This document shows positions 1 to 7,440 of a stretch of DNA of 17,640 nucleotides, piece by piece (within the stretch, counting starts at the first letter, position 1; the number at the start of each line of letters is the position of its first letter). The stretch comes from a virus. Lineage: Duplodnaviria > Heunggongvirae > Uroviricota > Caudoviricetes. The position numbers and the translations under genes were made by a program. Location: IMG/VR virus record IMGVR_UViG_3300028586_000764. One strand, written 5' to 3'. Below the pieces are notes generated by a model. It was not told the origin of the DNA and searched no databases. It saw only the letters and a program-made list of their open reading frames with translations.

Positions 1-541
1 GCTGCGCTTCGAGTTGAGAAAGCACCGCGCGGGTGCGACGTTGTCGTTCTAGGCGCAGTGTATGCGCGGAAAGCCATCGGGCGACTTCAGCCACGCAGTG
101 CACACTGAGCGCACTTGCCAATACAGCAGCCGGAGGCAAGCGAAGAACACCGGTTGAGGGCATTAGTGCCGACCACGCTTGCGCTACCGTCCGAATACCT
201 GCGGCCGCGTGCGGCATCTCGGCAACCAGGGGCATGTTTCCCCACTGCAGAATGCTGAGAGCGGACAGGCCGTATAGGCCCATGGCTGTCAGTAAAAGGA
301 CTACCGCTATTAAACCTGCGAGAAACCAGCTCACACCGCTTTCACGGAATCGCTGTCTTAATCCGTCCTTGAGCTCAAACCAGGTATGTCCCATACAGAC
401 CCCTACGGGAATGAACCAGAGCAAGGCGTACATCAGCACCAGGGACTCTACCGGATTCAAGCCGGGCAACACCAGGGAACCAATGGCGTCCTGAACGGCA
501 CTGCCGAAAATAGATGGTGATAGCCCAGTAGAAAGTGGCAT
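1..541 (-). CDS. Putative membrane protein, partial (open reading frame runs off the left edge)
   Basis: Hand translation from ATG at 541 gives 180 codons with no stop to the window edge: MPLSTGLSPSIFGSAVQDAIGSLVLPGLNPVESLVLMYALLWFIPVGVCMG...SWFLAGLIAVVLLLTAMGLYGLSALSILQW... It has at least two hydrophobic segments. Absent from the ORF track because no stop lies in the window. No clear SD. Confidence 0.55.
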   Translation of the reverse strand, partial: MPLSTGLSPSIFGSAVQDAIGSLVLPGLNPVESLVLMYALLWFIPVGVCMGHTWFELKDGLRQRFRESGVSWFLAGLIAVVLLLTAMGLYGLSALSILQWGNMPLVAEMPHAAAGIRTVAQAWSALMPSTGVLRLPPAAVLASALSVHCVAEVARWLSAHTLRLERQRRTRAVLSQLEAQ

Positions 542-664
542 AAGAGTTGTCGAAAATCGTGAACAGCAACGCTCATTTTAGGGAGCGGTATTTAGCCGGA
601 GAAAACCTTTTCAATACCCGCCTGCCTACACGCAAGCATCACCTTCTACTAATTGTGCTATCTC

Positions 665-1078
665 ATGAACGCACCACTTCATCGCTCTATTGAAACACCT
701 TCGCTCTCGTTCGCAGAGGCGACTGACATTCTGGACCAAACCGAGGTGCGCCGGGCGTACCTCATTGATGCCGTGACTGTTGGGCTCCACATGGTCAACG
801 AGACCGAGAAACGGGGCTATCCAACCATGCTTCGTCCGCTGTTCACAACAGTCCACGACAACAGGGTTTACTTCGGGCTGTTCGAGGGCGAACGTCGCCT
901 GGCTTTGATGCTCTATTCCTATTCGCCTGAGCTTGAAGGCATCCCGATGCTTGAGGAGACAGATGAAGGCCGCTACCGTCTAGGCGCGTCTGCCCTTACC
1001 CGCCGGCTGCAGCCCGTCTTCGACCATGTGCTGGGGAAGCTGGAGCAGCAAGTTTGGGCGAAGGTTCAGTTCCCCTAA
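665..1078 (+). CDS. Hypothetical protein (137 aa; TTG at 653 is an alternative start)
   Basis: Open frame 653..1078 with first ATG at 665, globular-looking composition, followed by a strong hairpin. No family recognised. Confidence 0.7.
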   Translation: MNAPLHRSIETPSLSFAEATDILDQTEVRRAYLIDAVTVGLHMVNETEKRGYPTMLRPLFTTVHDNRVYFGLFEGERRLALMLYSYSPELEGIPMLEETDEGRYRLGASALTRRLQPVFDHVLGKLEQQVWAKVQFP

Positions 1079-1102
1079 TCACGCCCGCGTGCTGCAAATG
1101 AA

Positions 1103-1150
1103 AACGCCCTGCTTAACCGACCATCGAAGTAGTCGGTTAGGCAGGGCGTT
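1103..1150. terminator. Long hairpin between convergent genes, probable (bidirectional) terminator
   Basis: AACGCCCTGCTTAACCGAC (1103-1121) pairs with GTCGGTTAGGCAGGGCGTT (1132-1150): 19 positions with a single mismatch. An A-run on the left gives a U-tract on the minus strand. Confidence 0.7.
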
Positions 1151-1175
1151 CTACTACCTACGAAAGCCGCTATCT

Positions 1176-1361
1176 TCAGGCGCGAAATGCCTGAGAGTAC
1201 AGCTCTCGTGCAGTTGTCGAGTACAGCGGTGCGAGTAGCATCACGCCGCAAGCTACCGCGCTAGCCTGTTCCATCGATAAGCCAAGACCATGCAGCACCA
1301 CCTGCATTGCGGCCTGTCCGACGAACAGCTTGAGTCCAGCAAAAAAAGATGTTTTGTTCAT
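1176..1361 (-). CDS. Small hydrophobic hypothetical protein (61 aa)
   Basis: ATG-started ORF MNKTSFFAGLKLFVGQAAMQVVLHGLGLSMEQASAVACGVMLLAPLY..., which ends 25 nt before the 1103-1150 hairpin. Weak SD. Confidence 0.45.
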   Translation of the reverse strand: MNKTSFFAGLKLFVGQAAMQVVLHGLGLSMEQASAVACGVMLLAPLYSTTARELYSQAFRA

Positions 1362-1448
1362 GGCGGTTTAGTTGAAACGGCGGTGTCCTCGCCGATGCAA
1401 TCCTCAAAAATGGAGCAGCCAACAGGCTGAAACGCAGGGAAAAGACCC

Positions 1449-1535
1449 TGTGAAAATATTTTAACACATTTCAAATCTAAAAAGAACCACTTTTTAGATG
1501 ATTGTCACAAATACTGCAAAATCACCTGTGACAAT
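1449..1535. promoter_or_regulatory. AT-rich cluster of three adjacent inverted repeats (candidate operators)
   Basis: TGTGAAAATATTTTAACA (1449-1466, near-perfect palindrome); ATCTAAAAAG-N5-CTTTTTAGAT (1475-1499, perfect 10-bp arms); ATTGTCACA-N17-TGTGACAAT (1501-1535, perfect 9-bp arms). Confidence 0.5.
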
Positions 1536-1550
1536 TTGCCCAAATGGCTA

Positions 1551-1787
1551 TCACCGTGGCTGCCGACAGGCCGCTACGGCCTTCTCCGTAACCAGGAATC
1601 GGCTCCCACCGGCGGAGCGCAGCAGCCCTCGCGAGGCGAGGATTTTGGCTGCCAGAAGTTCCTCACCTCTTAGGGGCGTAGTCGGATTCATTCGTACCAG
1701 GTTGATGAGCTCGACGTCCGCTCGGGAGAGCCGGTCGCCGGAGGACGATGCGCGCGAAAAGAAAGAAGTCAGGCGATGGAGCCACAT
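1551..1787 (-). CDS. Hypothetical protein (78 aa)
   Basis: ATG-started ORF. The segment GEELLAAKILASRGLLRSAGGSRFLVTEKAVAAC loosely resembles a winged-helix recognition helix plus wing. No SD seen. Confidence 0.45.
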   Translation of the reverse strand: MWLHRLTSFFSRASSSGDRLSRADVELINLVRMNPTTPLRGEELLAAKILASRGLLRSAGGSRFLVTEKAVAACRQPR

Positions 1788-2050
1788 GGTCAGGTATTTA
1801 GGAAGATGAACACTTCTCCTGTAGGCAGTGAGTTTAAAGCCTCACATAGCGTACGACATCTAGCACATTAAAAGGCTAAAACCCGGTTCTAAACTGTTCA
1901 CTGACTGCTTGGCGCCGCACCTCGGTGCCTACAGTTATAGACAGGGCTTTACCTGCTCGCCGGATACGGCCAGAACTGGCACCCGAGGGCGTAGTGCACT
2001 GACAACTATCGCAACAAACATCAACCTGCTACCAACATAGAGAGTCAAAC

Positions 2051-2407
2051 ATGTCCGTGAACAAAGTCATCCTCCTCGGCAACCTCGGTGCTGACCCAGA
2101 AGTCAACTTCCTGCCGAGCGGCGACACCGTCATGAACTTCCGCATGGCCACCAGCATGCGCTGGAACGACAAGAATTCTGGCGAGAAGAAAGAAGAGACC
2201 GAATGGCACCGTGTCACGGTCTTCGGTAAGACCGCCGAAGCGCTGAGCCAGTACCTGAAGAAAGGCAAGCAAGTCTTCGTCGAAGGCCGTCTGCGCACCC
2301 GCAAATACAACGACAAGGACGGCATCGAGCGCTACGCCACCGAAATCGTCGCCAGCTCCATCCAGCTCGTTGGCGCCCGCGGTGAAAGCGAAGGCCAGGA
2401 AGGCTAA
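2051..2407 (+). CDS. ssb: Single-stranded DNA-binding protein (OB fold only, no C-terminal tail)
   Basis: Canonical SSB motifs: [75 protein letters not shown]. Strongly biased codon usage. Confidence 0.97.
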   Translation: MSVNKVILLGNLGADPEVNFLPSGDTVMNFRMATSMRWNDKNSGEKKEETEWHRVTVFGKTAEALSQYLKKGKQVFVEGRLRTRKYNDKDGIERYATEIVASSIQLVGARGESEGQEG

Positions 2408-2435
2408 TCCCTTCCACGGCATCCACGCCTAGAAG

Positions 2436-2459
2436 AGGCGCCCTGCGGGGCGCCTTTTT
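2436..2459 (+). terminator. Rho-independent terminator after ssb
   Basis: AGGCGCCC-tgcg-GGGCGCCT followed by TTTT; lies between convergent genes. Confidence 0.85.
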
Positions 2460-2502
2460 CAATGGGCGAAAGAAAACCCCTGCAATGCAGGGGTCTAAAG
2501 AA

Positions 2503-3168
2503 TTACTTCTGAGCGGGATAGGCCAGCTCTTTGTATTGCTCCGTCAGTTCCGGGTCTTTGCGCAGTTCAAGCTTCTTGCGCAGCTTTTCGCGGTACGCGT
2601 CAACCATGTTGACCGAATTCACGAGTTCATCGACGACTTCGCGGGGCACCTCTTTGGTTCCATCCAGCACGCCCTTGTTGAACTCGAAGCCCTCGGCCCA
2701 GCTAGGGTTGTTCGATACTTCGCGACCCAGCTGTCGAATCCGCTCGAATGCTTCGAGATGGATGCTCAGCAGCGTGACCACCGCTTCCACGTCGTCGTTC
2801 GACGGCCTGTAAGGGGATTCGCGTGGCGTCGCGTCCTTAACGCCACAAGCGACCAGGACCTCGGCCACCTGCTGCACCGTCGGGTCCGTGCCGTCGAGCT
2901 TCTTCAGCTCTTGAATGACATCCGTGAATCCGGCCAGCGCCGACCAGCTGTCGTCGTACGCTTTCAGGTACGGAACGTTTCGGTTGGCCAGCTCACGCCA
3001 CTTGATGCTGAACTCGCCAGAAGTGCCGCCATCTGGGCAATAATAGCCCAACATGATTTCGTCGTCCCCTGGTTTGCTGTCTTTCGACCGGTTGGCGTCG
3101 CCATACCAGGCTTGCGAAGAAATGATGAATCGGCGTTCGTCGCCTTCGTGCTTGTTTTTTTGCGTCAT
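2503..3168 (-). CDS. Hypothetical protein (221 aa), phage/plasmid type
   Basis: ATG start with AAGGA SD. The N-terminal block GGTSGEFSIKW...LKAYDDSWSAL...LDGTDPTVQQVAEVLVACGVKDATPRE resembles uncharacterised phage/plasmid proteins (recognition only). C-terminal half is helical and charged. Confidence 0.85.
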   Translation of the reverse strand: MTQKNKHEGDERRFIISSQAWYGDANRSKDSKPGDDEIMLGYYCPDGGTSGEFSIKWRELANRNVPYLKAYDDSWSALAGFTDVIQELKKLDGTDPTVQQVAEVLVACGVKDATPRESPYRPSNDDVEAVVTLLSIHLEAFERIRQLGREVSNNPSWAEGFEFNKGVLDGTKEVPREVVDELVNSVNMVDAYREKLRKKLELRKDPELTEQYKELAYPAQK

Positions 3169-3317
3169 CGCTTGTCCTTGTTGAAGTGAAATGCCCTTTC
3201 CAATATAGCGATGTTACCAATTCATGGGCCTGGTAGGAAAAAGGAACGCACTGGTTTGATTTAGAGGTGCTTCGCTACACTGACACATTAGGACATTTTT
3301 TCAGAAGGAGAACTCGC

Positions 3318-4052
3318 ATGTCGAGAAAAGAGCATCTGTGGCACGAACGTATGGGCCCTGCCCTGAACAGCCGCTACCTGGTGGCGAGCTGCCTGTACAA
3401 CCAGGAACACCCTGTCGACCCCGACGCTGACCCTGACGATTATGAGCAAGTGCAGCGCAGGGAAGAAGCAGACGCAGAAATCCGCGACACTACGCTGAAC
3501 CTCGACGGCCCTGGCCCGTCCATGACCCTCGGACGCGCTATGGACCTGCATGCCGCTCTGAAAGAGCGCGTCGTTGCCGCAGGTAAGGCTTCGCTCGACA
3601 TCATCGACGCGGTCGCACTCGAATACCTGGGTAATGTGCTCGGCGTCTCGGCTACCGCTGAACGACGTCTGGTCATTGCTGGCAAATTCGAGTCGGGAAC
3701 TATCACCTATCAGGGCAACTTCGAGAGGCTGAGAAGCCGACTGAAGCTGGGCATTAGCATGGTGAACGGCTGGGGCGAACAATGGCCCACACAAAACCGC
3801 ATCACGATTCACGATGTGAAGGTGTCGAACCTCAAGTTCAATGGCACGCCGGCCGGTGACATGGACCTGCAAACCACCCGGGTCTCGGGTGACATCGAAT
3901 TCATGTTCATCGTCATGGAAGACGACGAAGTGACCAACCCAAATGCTCTTATCGAGCAGGTTCGCGTGGCCATCGACCCGGCACAAGCGCCGGCTCCTGT
4001 GCAGCGCGTGGGCCTCAAGGACCCTGTCATCGTCAGCGAAGAACTCAGCTGA
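3318..4052 (+). CDS. Hypothetical protein (244 aa)
   Basis: ATG at 3318 preceded by AAGGAG, in frame with track ORF 3267..4052. GC3-biased codons; followed by a terminator. Confidence 0.85.
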   Translation: MSRKEHLWHERMGPALNSRYLVASCLYNQEHPVDPDADPDDYEQVQRREEADAEIRDTTLNLDGPGPSMTLGRAMDLHAALKERVVAAGKASLDIIDAVALEYLGNVLGVSATAERRLVIAGKFESGTITYQGNFERLRSRLKLGISMVNGWGEQWPTQNRITIHDVKVSNLKFNGTPAGDMDLQTTRVSGDIEFMFIVMEDDEVTNPNALIEQVRVAIDPAQAPAPVQRVGLKDPVIVSEELS

Positions 4053-4067
4053 TACTGCATCATTTCC

Positions 4068-4095
4068 AAGCGCCCTCCCCGGGCGCTTTTTCTTT
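4068..4095 (+). terminator. Rho-independent terminator
   Basis: AAGCGCCC-tcccc-GGGCGCTT followed by TTTCTTT. Confidence 0.85.
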
Positions 4096-4136
4096 GTCCT
4101 TTAGAAAATGCGTTTTTAGGTGCATTTTAGTTTTAG

Positions 4137-4165
4137 TTGCGAAAAGGTATAAATCCAGTTATACT
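4137..4165 (+). promoter_or_regulatory. Sigma70-like promoter
   Basis: TTGCGA (4137-4142), 17-nt spacer, TATACT (4160-4165). An inverted repeat AAAATGC-N10-GCATTTT at 4105-4128 lies just upstream. Confidence 0.65.
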
Positions 4166-4174
4166 TCATGCACC

Positions 4175-4576
4175 ATGAGAAAACACGCAGCTGGGCATAG
4201 TGCCCCTTTTATGGAGGAGTTTGGCCGCCACGTAATGGTCCGTGATGATGGTCGAATTGCCTTTACCGCTCGAGGCCGCAAAGAACTGGGCGTGCTGTTT
4301 GCACGCTACGGTATCAGCCTTGACCGGTTAACGACGCTGGATGAATTCCAGCGACAGATGCGCGCGGTGAACGAGTTGGAAGCCCAGCGCACTGAACGAG
4401 AACTCGCACAAAGCTTGCGCGACCCTGACGTGAGCGAAGAAGACAAAGCGTTCATTCGCAGTATGCTTGGCTTGCCCGAACCGGTGAAAGTCGTCCGACC
4501 AACGGCCCAGATTGTCGACATGGCGGCCTGGCGCGAGCGCCGCGCGGCAACACAAGCCAGCAGCGAAGCGCTCTAA
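4175..4576 (+). CDS. Hypothetical protein (133 aa; start uncertain)
   Basis: In-frame ATGs at 4175, 4211 and 4236 within track ORF 4094..4576. Helical, charged C-terminal half ending ...IVDMAAWRERRAATQASSEAL. Bracketed by a promoter and a terminator. Confidence 0.75.
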   Translation: MRKHAAGHSAPFMEEFGRHVMVRDDGRIAFTARGRKELGVLFARYGISLDRLTTLDEFQRQMRAVNELEAQRTERELAQSLRDPDVSEEDKAFIRSMLGLPEPVKVVRPTAQIVDMAAWRERRAATQASSEAL

Positions 4577-4595
4577 GGCGTCACATCCGCAACAC

Positions 4596-4627
4596 AACGA
4601 CGGCACCCACGAGGTGCCGTTTTCGTT
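4596..4627 (+). terminator. Probable terminator hairpin
   Basis: ACGGCACC-cacga-GGTGCCGT followed by TTTCGTT. Confidence 0.7.
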
Positions 4628-4673
4628 GGGGTTTCCCTCTGAGCCGTGAGCCAAATCTGAACGGATAAATGCA

Positions 4674-5300
4674 GTGGCTTCATCGGAGGTGTTCTCCGAT
4701 ACCGTCACCGCTACCGCTCTGCTCAAGCCCTTCGGCACGCCATCTCGCTCCTCTGAGCTGGGTGCGCTGTTGAAGGAGGGGGTATTTCAGCTCAATACGA
4801 GGCGATTTGGCGCGTTGACTGAACTGTTCATCAAGCGCCTGAAGTCCTTCGACCGCAGCCAGAATATCTTCTATGACCTATATGACGCGGTCAAAGGCCA
4901 GCGCGTTGAGGTGAAGTTTTCGACGGTGCTGAGCAAATGGAGCACTCCGCTACGCGAAGACAATCTCGAAGCCGTGCTGCGTGAAGCTGTCAGCGGCGAC
5001 CGGGCAGTGGTTTTCCCTAACTGGCCCAACAGCTCGTTTGACTGCAATATTCAGCAAGTGAAGCCGGCAGAGTTTGAGAGCCTGTTTTACGGGCTCTTCT
5101 TCGACGACCGTATCCTGGTCTTCAAGTGCACGACCGAAGATATCGGTCAGATGCCCGCGTGGTCGGCTAAGCAGCACAAGGGAAATGTGGGCGAAGGGCA
5201 GTTCCACATCACCAATCGGAACCTTCAGTACCACATCGACCACCACCTCATCCAGCATCTGTCGTACACGCAGTTCGCAGACATTCTTTTTGACCAGTGA
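4674..5300 (+). CDS. Putative PD-(D/E)XK restriction-endonuclease-like nuclease
   Basis: Motif arrangement E (LTELFIKR) ... D (FYDLYD) ... E-x-K (RVEVKF) followed by a QQVK strand, typical of the restriction-endonuclease fold. GTG start is uncertain. Confidence 0.68.
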   Translation: MASSEVFSDTVTATALLKPFGTPSRSSELGALLKEGVFQLNTRRFGALTELFIKRLKSFDRSQNIFYDLYDAVKGQRVEVKFSTVLSKWSTPLREDNLEAVLREAVSGDRAVVFPNWPNSSFDCNIQQVKPAEFESLFYGLFFDDRILVFKCTTEDIGQMPAWSAKQHKGNVGEGQFHITNRNLQYHIDHHLIQHLSYTQFADILFDQ

Positions 5301-5470
5301 GTGGGTAAGCTGGTGGCTGCGCAAACCTGCGCGATAAAGGCATGCGCTACAGATTACATCTGACACGTTCGGGCAGCCTGCCGACAACGACACCAAATGT
5401 TTGTACTCGCCATTCACGCACTCACGAACGACGACTTCTAGGTTTTTCACTCACCTAGAAGGAGTCATGT

Positions 5471-5989
5471 ATGCATGTCATACCCCCTGCCCCGCGAATC
5501 ACACTTGCGCGCGGCTCTGTTTGCATCGGCGTGTTCGCCACTTTGCAAGATGTTGGCCGTTACGTCGGCATGGCCACGGTTCGAGACCTGGTGTATCGCC
5601 AACGGGATGAATCGTTTGCGACACCCTGGTACGCCGTGGACCTACCGGCGCCACCGGGACTGGTAGTTCGAGACGGTGACGACATCACCGTCTCGTGGTA
5701 CGAAGTGCTTCGTGCCTGCCGCGAGCTCGAGCGTCGTCGCAAAAAGCGAGACCGCTTCGAGACCTGGAACGGTAACGGCCCTGTGCCTGGAACTGGACGT
5801 CGCAAGAACTATCGCTTCATGCGCCGGCCACGCACTACACAGGAACTGCGCCTTGCCGCAGGTGTCGTGTTCGAGGACGATGAGCCGGAATGGCGCGGCC
5901 GCCGGCGCAATGTCCCGACGGCTTACGACGATATCATCCTGCACCGCGACCACAGCTGGAAGCGTCATCGCCGTACGCAATGGAAGTAA
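5471..5989 (+). CDS. Hypothetical protein with Arg/Trp-rich basic C-terminus (172 aa)
   Basis: AAGGAG SD 6 nt upstream of the ATG. C-terminus GPVPGTGRRK...RRPRTTQELR...RGRRRNVPTAYDD...HSWKRHRRTQWK resembles an uncharacterised phage-associated family (recognition only). Confidence 0.8.
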   Translation: MHVIPPAPRITLARGSVCIGVFATLQDVGRYVGMATVRDLVYRQRDESFATPWYAVDLPAPPGLVVRDGDDITVSWYEVLRACRELERRRKKRDRFETWNGNGPVPGTGRRKNYRFMRRPRTTQELRLAAGVVFEDDEPEWRGRRRNVPTAYDDIILHRDHSWKRHRRTQWK

Positions 5990-5991
5990 TG

Positions 5992-6016
5992 AAAGGCCCG
6001 CTCCGGCGGGCCTTTT
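5992..6016 (+). terminator. Rho-independent terminator
   Basis: AAAGGCCCGC-tccg-GCGGGCCTTT-T directly after the stop codon. Confidence 0.85.
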
Positions 6017-6076
6017 ACATAAAGCATCTAAACTAGGTGCCTACATGTTGCCATTCCCTAATTTTTGGGCTGGCAC

Positions 6077-7438
6077 ATGCTGTTTCCAACCATCGGATTC
6101 ACCGTATTTTTCTTCGTCGTGCTGGCGTTCTGGCCGCTCATGCGAACCACTGCCGCACGCACGCTGTTCCTCGCAGTAGCCAGCGGTACTTTCTGTGCGG
6201 TGGCCAGCCCTGCGCTGCTCCTCTATGTGGCGGCTTGGGCAGGTCTCTTGACCTTTGCGGGCAAGCGCCGTGAGCATGGCGCCCGGGTAGCGGTCTTGTC
6301 CTTAGCGCTTCTGCAGCTAGTGTTCTGGAAAGCGTTTGAGACCCTACCTCGAGGCATGCTTCCGGAAGCCGTCGCGCACTGGGTCATCCCGCTGGGGGTG
6401 TCGTTCTTTACCTTCCAGGGCCTGACCTACCTTTTCGCCCGAATGAAGGGCACCATCGACACGCCCTGGGACTTCACGCGGGTGTTCGCCTTCTGCTCCT
6501 TCTTCCCAACCATCTTCTCTGGGCCAATTCTGCGCGCGAAGACCTGGTCGGAGCACCTGGAGCAACCTGTCCCGCTCTATACCAAGTCGGTGGTGAGCCG
6601 CGCACTTGGCTGGGTGGTGCTGGGTCTTGCCTACAAGCTGGTGCTGGCCACGCTGTTGGGTGAGATTGTCGACGCCGCTTGGAGCGACCCGGGTGAGCAG
6701 CCGGCGGCAGCACTCTGGCTTGCGGCTTACGCCTACGCGTTCCAGCTATACGCGGACTTCGCTGGTTATTCGCTCCTTGCGCAAGCCGTTGCGTTGCTGC
6801 TCGGCTTCGCCATTCCCGCTAACTTCGACCAGCCGTACCTGGCCACAAGCGTGCAGGCGTTCTGGCGCCGTTGGCACATGAGCTTTTCAACCTGGCTGCG
6901 TGACCACCTTTACATCGACCTACTGGGTGGCAACAAGCACGGCCGGTCTCGTCAGATTATCAATGTGCTGGTGACGTTCTTCCTGTGCGGCGCGTGGCAC
7001 GGTCTTGCGCTCCACTACCTCATCTGGGGCGCCTGGCAGGCCGTAGCGGTCGCTTACTCGACGGTCAGCCGCATGGTGCTGGGTGAGCGTGCGCCGCCTG
7101 GGCGCGCCAAGCTGGTGCTGCACTGGCTCGTGGCTTTCCATGCCGCCGTTTTCGGCTGGGTATGGTTCCGCGCGCCGTCAGCAGAGGCAGCCGTAGACTA
7201 CTTCTCGGCCATGGCGACGACCGACTGGTCCTGGCGCCCAGAGTATCTGACCGGAATCGTCCTGGTTCTGGTCGCACTGGCTGTACACGTCGTAGAAAAA
7301 CGTGTTCTTAACGGGATGACCTGCTTTGCTGACAAGGCAGGTGCTATCAATCGCGCTGTTTTCTGGGCTCTGGCCATCGTGTTTGTGCTGATGCTGAGCC
7401 CTGCCGGCCTTCCTCCATTCATTTATTTCCGCTACTGA
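6077..7438 (+). CDS. patA: MBOAT family O-acyltransferase (PatA/AlgI-like)
   Basis: Start MLFPTIGF. Motifs PLGVSFFTFQGLTYL, FFPTIFSGPILR, YADFAGYS, NFDQPY, FWRRWHMSFSTWLRDHLY and GAWHG (catalytic His). C-terminal PPFIYFRY. Many TM segments. The symbol reflects family plus the adjacent PatB-like gene; the substrate is not proven. Confidence 0.92.
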   Translation: MLFPTIGFTVFFFVVLAFWPLMRTTAARTLFLAVASGTFCAVASPALLLYVAAWAGLLTFAGKRREHGARVAVLSLALLQLVFWKAFETLPRGMLPEAVAHWVIPLGVSFFTFQGLTYLFARMKGTIDTPWDFTRVFAFCSFFPTIFSGPILRAKTWSEHLEQPVPLYTKSVVSRALGWVVLGLAYKLVLATLLGEIVDAAWSDPGEQPAAALWLAAYAYAFQLYADFAGYSLLAQAVALLLGFAIPANFDQPYLATSVQAFWRRWHMSFSTWLRDHLYIDLLGGNKHGRSRQIINVLVTFFLCGAWHGLALHYLIWGAWQAVAVAYSTVSRMVLGERAPPGRAKLVLHWLVAFHAAVFGWVWFRAPSAEAAVDYFSAMATTDWSWRPEYLTGIVLVLVALAVHVVEKRVLNGMTCFADKAGAINRAVFWALAIVFVLMLSPAGLPPFIYFRY

Positions 7439-7440
7439 CC

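Noticed and set aside
1800-2050. tRNA or known ncRNA in the ssb upstream region
   Set aside because: No cloverleaf, TTC-loop or CCA end, and no recognised riboswitch consensus.
2405-2435. Possible frameshifted or read-through SSB acidic tail (ATCCCTTCC resembles Ile-Pro-x)
   Set aside because: No frame yields an acidic DDIPF-like end before the terminator.
2485-3189. 234-aa plus-strand ORF
   Set aside because: Antisense shadow of the minus-strand gene 2503..3168, which has an SD and more protein-like composition.
3288-3986. 232-aa minus-strand ORF
   Set aside because: Antisense shadow of 3318..4052, which has an AAGGAG SD and its own terminator.
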